From the NCBI GenBank assembly GCA_963761335.1, contig CAVXGR010000015.1, positions 96,001 through 160,000 of the forward strand: DNA of 64,000 nucleotides, read 5' to 3'. This stretch comes from an uncultured delta proteobacterium (GTDB lineage Bacteria; Desulfobacterota; Binatia; HRBIN30; BPIQ01). This document shows, in pieces, positions 28,988 to 38,284 of the stretch. The translations under genes and the position numbers were made by a program. The notes under the pieces are model-generated. The model worked only from the letters and a program-made list of their open reading frames with translations, had not been told where the DNA came from and did no database searches. Positions within the stretch are counted from its first letter, which is position 1. Each line of letters starts with the position of its first letter.

Positions 28988-30247
28988 ATGGGCAGGCAAC
29001 TGGTGCGCGTCGCGCTTCTGGTGGCGGTCGCTGCAGCGCTGGCAGGTCAGGTGGCGCTGGCCGAGGTCAGCACCGAGCGCAGCGCGTCGATCGTCGTCTT
29101 TCCCAAGGTGATCGCCGACGGTACGCGCGATACCATCATTCAGCTCGGCAACACCTCGAACTCCCTGGTCCGCGCGCACTGCTTCTACGTGAATGCGGCG
29201 CCCCGCGATTCGTCGCGCGACCCCGACCCGATCGTCAATCCGCCGCTGTGGCAGGAGATCGACTTCGACATCTTGCTCACCCGCCAGCAGCCGACGCACT
29301 GGGTGGTGAGCCGGGGTCGCCGGGTCAACCCACTGGACCAGGCCTGCAGCGCCGACAACCTCGACTGTGACAATGCCGGCTTCGATCCCGGCCTGATTCC
29401 GCCGGTGCTCCCTGACTTCGTGGGCGAGCTCAAATGCGTCGAGGTGGATGACGGCGGCTCGCCCCTCAGCGGCAATCACTTGAAAGGGGAGGCGACGCTG
29501 ATCGCGCAGCGGCCCACGGTGGTGGCTCCCTACGGCACTCCGGCCGTGCTCCTGCCGGGCGATCCGTCGAAGTACAACGCCATCGGCATCCAGGGTGTCG
29601 AGAACAACGGCGACGGGACGCTCGTCCTCGGCGGTGGCCAGTGCGTCGGGGCGGGCGATGCCAGCGGGGCCGTCTGTACCGGCGATGCCGACTGCGGTGA
29701 CGCCGGACCGTGTGCCCCCGAGTACGACGGCTGCCCGGACACCTGGATTCTGAACCACACCACGGAAGGGGCCCCGGATCTGGTGCTCGAGGAGGCCGGG
29801 GCCATGGGAACCAGCGCCGTCGACACCGAGCTGACCGTGGTGCCGTGCACCCAGAACTTCGAGACACAGGAGTTCAAGCCATCGAAAGTCACCCTGCAGT
29901 TCCGCACCACCAACGAGTTCGAGTCCACCTTTTCGATGTCGACCACCGTGCAGTGCTGGGGCAACTTCAGCATTGATGAGATCGGCGGCTCCTTCGGCCT
30001 GACGCTGAATGGAACCCCGATCCTGGATCCGCAGGGTACGATGTTCCTGGAGACCCGCATCCGTTCGGCGGGCGACAATGCCGGCGGCGTGCTCATGGTC
30101 GGTGAGGAGTTTCACACCGGCCGGCTGGGTACGATCGGCACCACCCCCGTGCGTCTGGCGTCGCCTGCTGCCTCCAACTTGCACGTCGAGGGGCAGGCAG
30201 CGGGGCCGGACGTGATCACCATTCCCGCTGAGCAGATCGCTCCGTGA
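28988..30247 (+). CDS. Secreted Cys-rich protein of unknown family, type A, copy 3
   Basis: AAAGGAGG RBS, signal peptide ending ALA-E, long blocks nearly identical to copy A2. Confidence 0.88.
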   Translation: MGRQLVRVALLVAVAAALAGQVALAEVSTERSASIVVFPKVIADGTRDTIIQLGNTSNSLVRAHCFYVNAAPRDSSRDPDPIVNPPLWQEIDFDILLTRQQPTHWVVSRGRRVNPLDQACSADNLDCDNAGFDPGLIPPVLPDFVGELKCVEVDDGGSPLSGNHLKGEATLIAQRPTVVAPYGTPAVLLPGDPSKYNAIGIQGVENNGDGTLVLGGGQCVGAGDASGAVCTGDADCGDAGPCAPEYDGCPDTWILNHTTEGAPDLVLEEAGAMGTSAVDTELTVVPCTQNFETQEFKPSKVTLQFRTTNEFESTFSMSTTVQCWGNFSIDEIGGSFGLTLNGTPILDPQGTMFLETRIRSAGDNAGGVLMVGEEFHTGRLGTIGTTPVRLASPAASNLHVEGQAAGPDVITIPAEQIAP

Positions 30248-30284
30248 TCCTGGTGCAGCCATGAGCGCGAAAGGAGAAGGTCCG

Positions 30285-31622
30285 ATGAAGATGTGGATTG
30301 GGCTCGCCGTGACTGCCGCTCTGGGATTGGGGGCCCTGCTCTGCGCAGCTCCGGCCCGAGCGGATGTCGCTTCCGATCAACCCGCGGCCATCCTGGTTTT
30401 TCCAAAGGTCGTCACCGGCGACGTCACCATCGGCAGTGGCGTTTTCAGCGCCGTTCTAAAATCCGATACCATCATTCAGATCAGCAATACCTCGAGCGAC
30501 CCGGTGACCCTGCAGTGCTTCTACGTGAACGCCAACAGCCATTGCAGCACCAGTGGCCTCGTCTGCAACCCGCTGGTGACACCGGCGTGCCCTGCGCCGG
30601 AGGACGTCTGTCTTCCCGGCTGGGTGGAGACGGACTTCCGCGTCGTGCTCACGCCGTTCCAGCCACTCGGGTGGACGGTCTCGTCCGGGCTCGCCTCGGA
30701 AGACCTGCCACTCGATGGGGTTTTGCAGCGCGGACCTACCGGGCAGAGCAACGTCGGAACCCGCGTTCCGCCGCTGCGCGCCGAGCCGGCCAGCGTCGGC
30801 GTTCTCGGTCAGATCGATGACGGCCGTTCCGTCAAGGGCGAGCTGAAGTGCGTCGTCGTCGACGATCAGGGAAACGCCGTGGCCCGCAACGTGGTGAAGG
30901 GAGAGGCGACGATCATCTCCAGTCTCTCCGTGCTGACCAGCATCGGTGCGGGTGCCGACGTGCAGATCCCCAACGCCGAAAGGTATAACGCCGTCGGCAT
31001 CCAGGCGTCCGGGGGAGATGCCAACGGCGACAAGGTTCTCGATCTCGGCGGGACCGCGGGAGAGTACAACGGCTGCGCCAACGTGCTGATCATGGACCAT
31101 TTCTTCGACTATTCCCCCAATCCGGTGGCGAATACGCAGGTCTTCTCCGACCTCACCCTGGTGCCGTGCAGCGAGAACCTGCGCACCCAGGTTCCCCAGC
31201 AGGTGGTGGCGCAGTATCTGGTATTCAACGAGTTCGAGCAGCGCTTCTCGACCAGCACGCCGTTTCAGTGCTACTTCGACCGGCCCCTGTCGCGCATCGA
31301 CACCTCGAACGCGGCGCGCTCGGTCTTCAGCGTTTTCGTCTCCGGCACGCTCACCGGGCAGACGCGCATTCGCGGCATCGGCTCCGGATTGGTCGGGGTG
31401 TTGCGCGAGCGCCAGGTCGGCATTCCCGATGAGGCCGACTCCGTGCTCACCGAGACCACATCGGCGGCCGACGCAGTGGCGTCCTTCGACGGCACGTTGC
31501 TGGACATGGAACGCGACGTTCCCGGTTTCGGCTCCGTTTTCAATGCGGCCTTCCGTTCCTCGATGATCAACTTGCACATCCAGGGCGATCGGCCCGAGGC
31601 CGATCATCTGGTCCTGCCCTAA
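30285..31622 (+). CDS. Secreted Cys-rich protein of unknown family, type B, copy 3
   Basis: AAAGGAG RBS, signal peptide ending ARA-D, type-B motifs; extra insert near the C-terminus. Confidence 0.88.
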   Translation: MKMWIGLAVTAALGLGALLCAAPARADVASDQPAAILVFPKVVTGDVTIGSGVFSAVLKSDTIIQISNTSSDPVTLQCFYVNANSHCSTSGLVCNPLVTPACPAPEDVCLPGWVETDFRVVLTPFQPLGWTVSSGLASEDLPLDGVLQRGPTGQSNVGTRVPPLRAEPASVGVLGQIDDGRSVKGELKCVVVDDQGNAVARNVVKGEATIISSLSVLTSIGAGADVQIPNAERYNAVGIQASGGDANGDKVLDLGGTAGEYNGCANVLIMDHFFDYSPNPVANTQVFSDLTLVPCSENLRTQVPQQVVAQYLVFNEFEQRFSTSTPFQCYFDRPLSRIDTSNAARSVFSVFVSGTLTGQTRIRGIGSGLVGVLRERQVGIPDEADSVLTETTSAADAVASFDGTLLDMERDVPGFGSVFNAAFRSSMINLHIQGDRPEADHLVLP

Positions 31623-31630
31623 GTTCCCCC

Positions 31631-31674
31631 GGGAGGCGGAAGCCGTCGCTTCCGCCTCCCCGGGCGCTTCTTTC
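31631..31674 (+). terminator. Terminator-like hairpin after pair 3
   Basis: GGGAGGCGGAAGC-CGTC-GCTTCCGCCTCCC, then a weak T-rich tail. Confidence 0.65.
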
Positions 31675-31778
31675 ACTGCACCCCAATGCCTATCGAGCCG
31701 AGTGACCGACGCCGGGGGCGTTGTTGAAGATCGGACTGGACCCTGAGAGAATCGCGCCGAGGCCGCAGGGCCGGCCAA

Positions 31779-33209
31779 ATGGGGGAGAAAGAGCTGATTC
31801 CCGATGTCCTCGCCGATCGCTATGCGAGCGAGGCGATGACGGCGATCTGGTCGCCGGCCGGCAAGGTGCGCCTCGAGCGCGAGCTTTGGATCGCGGTCAT
31901 GCGGGCGCAGCGCGCCCTCGGCGTCGACATTCCCGAGGAGGCGATCGCCGCCTACGAGCGGGTCAAGGACCAGGTTGACCTCGCCGGCATCCGGCAACGC
32001 GAGCGCAAGCTGCGCCACGACGTCAAGGCGCGCATCGAGGAGCTCTGCGATCTGGCCGGCTACCAGCACATCCACAAGGGTCTGACCAGCCGCGACCTCA
32101 CGGAGAACGTCGAGCAGCTCCAAGTGCTGCGCTCGCTCCAGCTCCTGCGCGTCAAGTACGCCGCCGCCCTCCTGCGCCTGGCGGAGCGTGCCGAGGAGTT
32201 TCGCGCTCTCGTGCTGACGGCGCGGACGCACAACGTTCCCGCGCAGGCGACCACCCTGGGCAAGCGCCTGGCGATGTTCGGCGAGGAGATGCGCCTTGCC
32301 TTGGTGCGCCTCGAGAACCTCATCGACCGGTATCCACTTCGCGGCATCAAGGGCGCCGTTGGCACCCAGCTCGACCAGATCACCCTGCTCGGCGACGCCG
32401 AGCGGGCACGGCACCTCGAAGAGGACGTGGTTCGCAACCTCGGCTTCCACGAGGCGCTTGGCGCCGTCGGCCAGGTGTATCCCCGCAGTCTGGACCTCGA
32501 GGTGCTCTCGGCGCTGCTGCAGCTCGCTGCCGGTCCCAGCAGCTTTGCCAAGACGCTGCGGCTGATGACCGGATTCGAGCTCGCCTCGGAGGGTTTTCAG
32601 GAGGGCCAGGTAGGCTCGTCGGCGATGCCCCACAAGCGCAACGCCCGCAGCTGCGAGCGCATCAACGGTTTCACCGTCGTGCTCTCCGGATTTCTACAGA
32701 TGGGTGCGGGCCTTGCGGGTGATCAGTGGAACGAGGGAGACGTGTCCTGCTCGGTGGTCCGACGCGTGGCGCTGCCCGGGGCCATGTTCGCGATCGACGG
32801 CCTGCTCGACACGTTTCTCACCGTGGTGCGCGAGATGGAGGTCTATCCGGCGATGATCGACGCCGAGCGACAGCGCTACCTGCCCTTTCTGGCGACCACC
32901 ACGGTGCTCATGGCCGCGGTCAAGAAGGGGGCGGGGCGCGAGGCCGCTCATCAGGCCATTCAGCAGCACGCCGTGGCAGTGGCGGCACGCCTGCGCGAGG
33001 GCGGGCGCGAGGAGGCCGATCTCGTCGGTCGTCTGGCTGCGGACGCGCGCATCGGCCTGTCGCGGGCGGAGATCGAGGCGCTGTTCGCCGCCGACGGTGA
33101 GCTGGTGGGCGCTGCCGTCGCCCAGACGGATGCTTTCGTGCAGGCGGCGAGGGCGCTGGCAGCGCGTATCCCCGATGCGGCTTCCTATCAGCCGCCGCCG
33201 CTCCTCTAG
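31779..33209 (+). CDS. purB: Adenylosuccinate lyase
   Basis: LADRYAS, RHDVKARI, HKGLTSRD, RTHNVPAQATTLGKR, GSSAMPHKRN. Confidence 0.96.
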   Translation: MGEKELIPDVLADRYASEAMTAIWSPAGKVRLERELWIAVMRAQRALGVDIPEEAIAAYERVKDQVDLAGIRQRERKLRHDVKARIEELCDLAGYQHIHKGLTSRDLTENVEQLQVLRSLQLLRVKYAAALLRLAERAEEFRALVLTARTHNVPAQATTLGKRLAMFGEEMRLALVRLENLIDRYPLRGIKGAVGTQLDQITLLGDAERARHLEEDVVRNLGFHEALGAVGQVYPRSLDLEVLSALLQLAAGPSSFAKTLRLMTGFELASEGFQEGQVGSSAMPHKRNARSCERINGFTVVLSGFLQMGAGLAGDQWNEGDVSCSVVRRVALPGAMFAIDGLLDTFLTVVREMEVYPAMIDAERQRYLPFLATTTVLMAAVKKGAGREAAHQAIQQHAVAVAARLREGGREEADLVGRLAADARIGLSRAEIEALFAADGELVGAAVAQTDAFVQAARALAARIPDAASYQPPPLL

Positions 33210-33264
33210 GAATGCCGTTCGCATCGGTTGCGGTGGCGCCGCGGATCGGTCAAAACCGTGGCCG

Positions 33265-34263
33265 ATGCGCTCGCGTACGCTGCTGAACGTTCTGCTGAGC
33301 CTGATCATCGGCGGCGGCTTCCTCTACCTCGCCTTTCACAATGTCTCCTTCGACCAACTCGGCGAAGCGTTTGCTCGCTTCGACGGCTGGTGGTTGATCC
33401 CGGCGGTAGTCGTCAGCCTGTTGCTGCAGATCTGTCGCACCTGGCGCTGGCAGCTGGAGCTGCGGCCGCTCGAGCGCCTCGGCTTCGGCCGCCTATGGAT
33501 CGTCACCAGCATTGCCTACATGGCGATCAATCTGCTCCCGGTTCGCCTGGGAGAGGTGGTGCGTCCGTGGTTGTTGTCGCGCCGTTCCTCGCTGACCTTC
33601 TCGAACGTGGTTGGCAATTTGCTGTTCGAGAAGACGATGGATTCCTTCGTCATCGTTTTCTATATTCTCGTCGGCCTGCTCACCACCAGCAATCTGCCGC
33701 TCTGGGTGCGCCGCGGCGCCGTGGTGCCGGCCGTCGCCGCTCTCGTGCTTGCCGTGCTGGTGGTCCTGCTGTGGACCCGAGGTGAGTCGTTCTTCGATCG
33801 CTGGATTATCGGCTGGCTGCCGCATCGCTTCGGCCAGGGCCTGATGCGCATACTGCGCGCCCTCATCGAAGGTCTGAAGATCCTGCCGAACGGCAAGCTG
33901 GTGGCAGGGGTATTCGGGGCCTCGCTGCTCCTCTGGTTCCTGCCGATCCTCTCGAGCTACATTCTCATCTGCGCCTTCGACTTCGCCGTGCCGTTCAATG
34001 CGGCGGTGATCGTCTTCATCTTCATCGGCTTCGGAACGGCGCTGCCGCAGGCCCCGGGGATGATCGGAACCTATCAGTACGCCTGCATTCTCGCCCTTGG
34101 CCTATTTGGCGTCTCGCAGCCGGATGCCCTCGCTTACGGCCTGGTGCTCAACGCCATTCAGATCGTCACGCTCGTCGCCCAGGGTCTGGTCGCTCTGGCG
34201 CTGTCTGGCATCTCCATCGAGGAGATCGCCCGGGCGCAGCGCGAGGCGCCGCAGGTCGGCTGA
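33265..34263 (+). CDS. Lysylphosphatidylglycerol synthase TM-domain (UPF0104, flippase-like) protein
   Basis: RTWRW, NLLPVRLGEVVR, EKTMD, PQAPGMIG; many TM helices. Confidence 0.85.
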   Translation: MRSRTLLNVLLSLIIGGGFLYLAFHNVSFDQLGEAFARFDGWWLIPAVVVSLLLQICRTWRWQLELRPLERLGFGRLWIVTSIAYMAINLLPVRLGEVVRPWLLSRRSSLTFSNVVGNLLFEKTMDSFVIVFYILVGLLTTSNLPLWVRRGAVVPAVAALVLAVLVVLLWTRGESFFDRWIIGWLPHRFGQGLMRILRALIEGLKILPNGKLVAGVFGASLLLWFLPILSSYILICAFDFAVPFNAAVIVFIFIGFGTALPQAPGMIGTYQYACILALGLFGVSQPDALAYGLVLNAIQIVTLVAQGLVALALSGISIEEIARAQREAPQVG

Positions 34264-34281
34264 CGCGGGGGAGCGCTACCT

Positions 34282-35124
34282 TCAGCGACCGATGTGGGCG
34301 CCGCGCGGCAACAGGCGCGCGGCGATCCCGACCAGTGCTGGCACCAAGCGCGGGCGCAGCAGGCGGTTGTCGTAACCCCCGAGACGGCGTTCGTTCTCGC
34401 GCAGGCAGGTGTCGAGGAAAACGCGCGGCGAGAAATCGCCGAAGGATCCGTGGCTCTTCATGGCGAAGTTGTCCTGGCTCTCCGCACTGCCGACGTCGAG
34501 CGCCGTGCGGATGCGGCTGAGGATCTGCAGCCAGACCGCCAGGCCGCGGCGGAAGGCGTACTGCGGCTGCCCGAGGATCGGCACATGCACCTGCCGGTAG
34601 GCGATCCAGTTGGCGAAGAAGAGGATGTGGCGCGCCTCTTCCTGCATGATCGGATCGAAGATCTCGACCAGCGAGGGAGGAAAAAAGCCCGAGTCGCGTG
34701 CCAGAGCAAAGAGGCCAAAGGCGAAGAAGGAGTCGAAGCACTCGCCGTACCCCATGCGCATGAACGCCCATTCGGCATCGTGGGGCGAGGGGGGATTCGG
34801 CCGCGGCTCGACGGCGATTCCGTAGTGCTGCGTCAGCAAGCGGAGGAGGATCGAGTGCCGCCCTTCCTCATATCCCTGCAGCGCGATCGCCTGGCGCAGC
34901 ACCGGGTCGGACTCGACCACGGCCAGCGACTGTACCTTGACGGCCACATCCTGCTCCGTGTGTACCGCCTCGTTCCACACCGGAAGCGCGCTCAGCCTCT
35001 CCACTGTCTCTCCGTCCAGCGCCGGCCAGGTGACGGCGCCTGGGTCGTACGGATCGTGTGACTCGACGAAGGCCGTGCAGAAGGCAAGCTTGTGCTCTTC
35101 CGAACCCGGTCTGAGGGCTCCCAT
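34282..35124 (-). CDS. Ferritin-like (diiron) domain protein
   Basis: Two ExxH motifs (EEGRH, EEARH), each preceded by a Glu-bearing helix. Confidence 0.8.
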   Translation of the reverse strand: MGALRPGSEEHKLAFCTAFVESHDPYDPGAVTWPALDGETVERLSALPVWNEAVHTEQDVAVKVQSLAVVESDPVLRQAIALQGYEEGRHSILLRLLTQHYGIAVEPRPNPPSPHDAEWAFMRMGYGECFDSFFAFGLFALARDSGFFPPSLVEIFDPIMQEEARHILFFANWIAYRQVHVPILGQPQYAFRRGLAVWLQILSRIRTALDVGSAESQDNFAMKSHGSFGDFSPRVFLDTCLRENERRLGGYDNRLLRPRLVPALVGIAARLLPRGAHIGR

Positions 35125-35271
35125 GGCTCTCCCCCTCCTCGTTACCGCCGGCCGCCGTACCGGCGAGGCGCGCCTTGCTCCTCTCCGGTGCGCTCTGCCG
35201 ACTTGGACGCGACGAAATGCTAGACAGCTGACGCCCCGAGGTCAACTGCTGCACTCGCTTGACGCGAGGCT

Positions 35272-36675
35272 TCAGCCCGAGGCGTCGGAGTTGCCGCGCG
35301 CCCGCTCCAGCTCCTCGCGCATGGCCCGCGGCAGGCGTACGACGCTGTCCACCATGCGGATCTCCGGAATCAGCTCCGCGAGGTTTGGAGGTGTCTGCGG
35401 CGCCTCTCGCATGCCGCGAAGACGCCGGAAGGCGGCGAGCAGCGGCGGTGCCATCGGTGCGACGCTGGTGCCGCGCATGGCCAGGATGCGGTGGCAGGGC
35501 GCCGCCAGGGAGAGATAAGCGGCGCCGTAGGCGCCGCCGCCGAGGACGCAGAGAAGAGGGTGACCGAGGAGGCGAGCGGCGACCAGGCTCTCGAGACAGC
35601 GAGCCAGGGCGACGTGCAGCCCGTTGCGCTCTTCCTGGATCTGACTCGAGTGCCCCTGGCAGAAGAGGAAGATCAGAATGGGCGCGGTATCCGGCTGACG
35701 GACGGCGAAGTCCACCACCGCCGAGATGGCATGCGCCTCCTCGATGCCGATGCCGGTTCCGCCGGGTGGGTCGGGGCCGACCACGACGCTCATTGCGCCG
35801 CGTCCCTCGAGCAGGCCCCAGGCCGCCTGTACGAGACCGCGGCGCACGAACGGTCCGCTGGGCCGCCACTGTCCGCGAAACGAGTATCTCAGCAGGTCGC
35901 GCTGCGGGCGCGGATTCTCCGGAACGGCAGCATCGCCTGCCTCCGAGATGCCGCTGCCCCGCAGCTCACCGAGAAGGCGGGCGGTCCGCTGCGTCGCCAG
36001 CTCGGCGACGCGCGTCAACGCCGGCTTGCGCCGCGGCCGGCGAATCGCCGCCGCCACCTCGGCGCGGATGGCCGCCGCCGAATCGGCCACCAGCGCGTCC
36101 GCGTGTCGGCGCCGGTACCTCTGTGGAGCGCCGGTCGCGGCACGGCCCTCCTCTTCGGGAGCCCGAGAGCTTCCGGTGCTGAGCAGCTTGGGGCCGGTCA
36201 GCCCCCAGTAGGTGTCCTCGGTAATGATCACCTTCTGCGATAGCGCTGCGATCACGGACGGTGCGCCGAAGCAGCCGCGGGGGCCACTGATCACGGTGAG
36301 CAGACGTGGCCCCTGGAGCGCTTGGCGTGCCAGGCCGACGCCCACTGCCGAGGCGGTGGCCAGGGCCACCGGACCTTCCTGGACGCGCACGCCTCCGGTG
36401 TCCCAGCACATCAGCATGGCCGCCATCCCGCTTCCCGCGAGCGTCGACATCTCGGTGAGCACTCCGGCCTCGCGGACGCCGACGGTGCCGCCGCGGACGT
36501 GTCCGTCGGTCAGCCCCACCAGAACCCGCTGCCCCTCGATGGTGCCGCTGCCGATCCACACCGGCACGTTGGCCGGCACGCGGGTGCCGAGCCGCGCCAC
36601 ACTGCCGGGATCGAGCAATGCCTCGGCGCGCTGCGCCGCGCTCAGCTCCGAGAATTTCTTGCCGTCGGTGCTCAG
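35272..36675 (-). CDS. Carboxyltransferase-like protein, fused MdcD/MdcE (malonate decarboxylase beta+gamma)-type
   Basis: FSELSAAQRAEALLDPGS, GGTVG, DTGGVRVQEG, GCFG, GLTGP, then a second domain with GQ-like CQGH..EE and GGAYGAAYL. Start inferred at a CTG overlapping the upstream stop. Confidence 0.75.
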   Translation of the reverse strand: MSTDGKKFSELSAAQRAEALLDPGSVARLGTRVPANVPVWIGSGTIEGQRVLVGLTDGHVRGGTVGVREAGVLTEMSTLAGSGMAAMLMCWDTGGVRVQEGPVALATASAVGVGLARQALQGPRLLTVISGPRGCFGAPSVIAALSQKVIITEDTYWGLTGPKLLSTGSSRAPEEEGRAATGAPQRYRRRHADALVADSAAAIRAEVAAAIRRPRRKPALTRVAELATQRTARLLGELRGSGISEAGDAAVPENPRPQRDLLRYSFRGQWRPSGPFVRRGLVQAAWGLLEGRGAMSVVVGPDPPGGTGIGIEEAHAISAVVDFAVRQPDTAPILIFLFCQGHSSQIQEERNGLHVALARCLESLVAARLLGHPLLCVLGGGAYGAAYLSLAAPCHRILAMRGTSVAPMAPPLLAAFRRLRGMREAPQTPPNLAELIPEIRMVDSVVRLPRAMREELERARGNSDASG

Positions 36676-38129
36676 GAGCGTTCCGAGCAGGACAAGCGGA
36701 CGATCTCGCGAACCTGCGCCGCGGCGTTGTGCTCCAGGTGCTGGACCAGATCGATCGCCTTTTCCATCTTTTCCTTGCGCAGGGTGTAGCGCGTCTCGCG
36801 GCGGAACTTGTCCTCCACCGACTGGCGCCGCTCATCCGGCGGTCGCCCGGCCGCGCCGCGGGGCACTTCTTCCTCGGCCTCGAAGGTGCGGCCGTCCTCC
36901 ATCTCGATGCGCACCTTGGCGCCCAGCGACATGCGGAAGCCGGTGAGGTCGATACTGCCGAGGTCGACCCCGGGCTTGCCTCGCAGGAGCGGCTGCTCGC
37001 GGCCGCGACGCGCCATCTCCTCGTCGAGCGTCAAATGCACCTTCGCGGCGAGGTCCCAGACGGATTTCTCCTTGATGCGCTCGCGCAGGAACTGCCGCGG
37101 CGTCAGCTCCTTGTCCAGAATTGCGACGGCGGCGTTGTAGGCGACAGAGAAATTGAGGGCGATGACGGTGCTGTCGGCGCCGTGCAGATAGGGTGCGGCC
37201 AGTGCGTCGATCTCGACGGTCGGCGGGCCGGCGGCGACGTTCACGGCGCGAACCTTCCTCGCATCAATCGGATGGGCGCGCATCAGATGCAGGATGCAGT
37301 CGACCGTCGAGTCGATGTAGGCGCAGCCGGGGTAGAGCTTGAAGGACAGCGTCTCCGTCAGCCACGTCTTGCCCAGACCTTCGAAGGCGCCGAACCAGGG
37401 CTCCTCGGTTATCGCCCGAAGGAATCCCTGATCGTTCTCGATGATGTCCGTCGGGCCGCGCAATCCCCCGGCGGCGAGCTCCGCGGCGACGACGCCGAGG
37501 GGCGCCGTCTGCGCCGCGAGCACCACCTTACCTTCCGATGCGAGGAATCCGCCCCAGAGGCCTTGGCTCGGCTGCATCAATGCCAGACCGATGGCGGACG
37601 CCGTCTGCTTCTTGTCGAGCCCGAGGGCGCGCGACGCCGCCACCGCCGCGCCCATGAGGTGAACGAAGCTGGCGAGGCGGCCGTTCAGGCGGCCGGAGAA
37701 GGTCGCGGCGCCGAGGCGTCCGGCAAGCTCGTTTGCGGCGACCTGTGCCAGAAGAAAATCGCGGCCGCTGACGTTGTGCTTCTCCGCCAAGGCCAGCGTG
37801 CAGAGGACGGCGGAATGGCCGGTGTGTCCGCAGAAGAGGTAATCGTCGTAGTCGAGCGCCATGCTCAGGGCGCTGTTGCCGAAGATGGCGTTGTGCACCG
37901 AGGTGCGCTCCCCGGAAGGCATCAGTGTGGCCTCTTTGCCGCCCGCCCAATCCTTGATGATGCGCGAGATCGTGCGGCCCGAGTCGCTGAAATGGCCGGC
38001 GTGCACCGAGGCGATGACGCTGAGGATCTGGTTCTTGCACTCGTCGAGAACGCGGCGGGGGATGCTCTCGAACTGCAGCTCTGCGGCCCACTCGGCCAGC
38101 TTTTCCGTCACGTTGCTCGGCGTGCTCAT
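36672..38129 (-). CDS. MmgE/PrpD family protein
   Basis: ALDYDD, GHTG, FKLYPGC, C-terminal PRG..RP; typical length. Confidence 0.88.
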   Translation of the reverse strand: MSTPSNVTEKLAEWAAELQFESIPRRVLDECKNQILSVIASVHAGHFSDSGRTISRIIKDWAGGKEATLMPSGERTSVHNAIFGNSALSMALDYDDYLFCGHTGHSAVLCTLALAEKHNVSGRDFLLAQVAANELAGRLGAATFSGRLNGRLASFVHLMGAAVAASRALGLDKKQTASAIGLALMQPSQGLWGGFLASEGKVVLAAQTAPLGVVAAELAAGGLRGPTDIIENDQGFLRAITEEPWFGAFEGLGKTWLTETLSFKLYPGCAYIDSTVDCILHLMRAHPIDARKVRAVNVAAGPPTVEIDALAAPYLHGADSTVIALNFSVAYNAAVAILDKELTPRQFLRERIKEKSVWDLAAKVHLTLDEEMARRGREQPLLRGKPGVDLGSIDLTGFRMSLGAKVRIEMEDGRTFEAEEEVPRGAAGRPPDERRQSVEDKFRRETRYTLRKEKMEKAIDLVQHLEHNAAAQVREIVRLSCSERS

Positions 38130-38284
38130 CCACAGCCTCCCGGTCAAAACGAATACGGGGACAATAGTGAACCAGGCTCGGCAAGGCAACGGTGCTTCTG
38201 CGAGCAGCGACACCGAAACGACCTTTGTGAGGTGAGTTGGCATTGCCGAGGTTGCGGCCTACAAGGGAAGCAGGAGGTGCAGAG

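Noticed and set aside
23319..31622. Paralogue array as multiheme cytochromes, type IV pilins or DGR targets
   Set aside because: No CxxCH motifs, no class-III prepilin signal, and no reverse transcriptase or template repeat seen.
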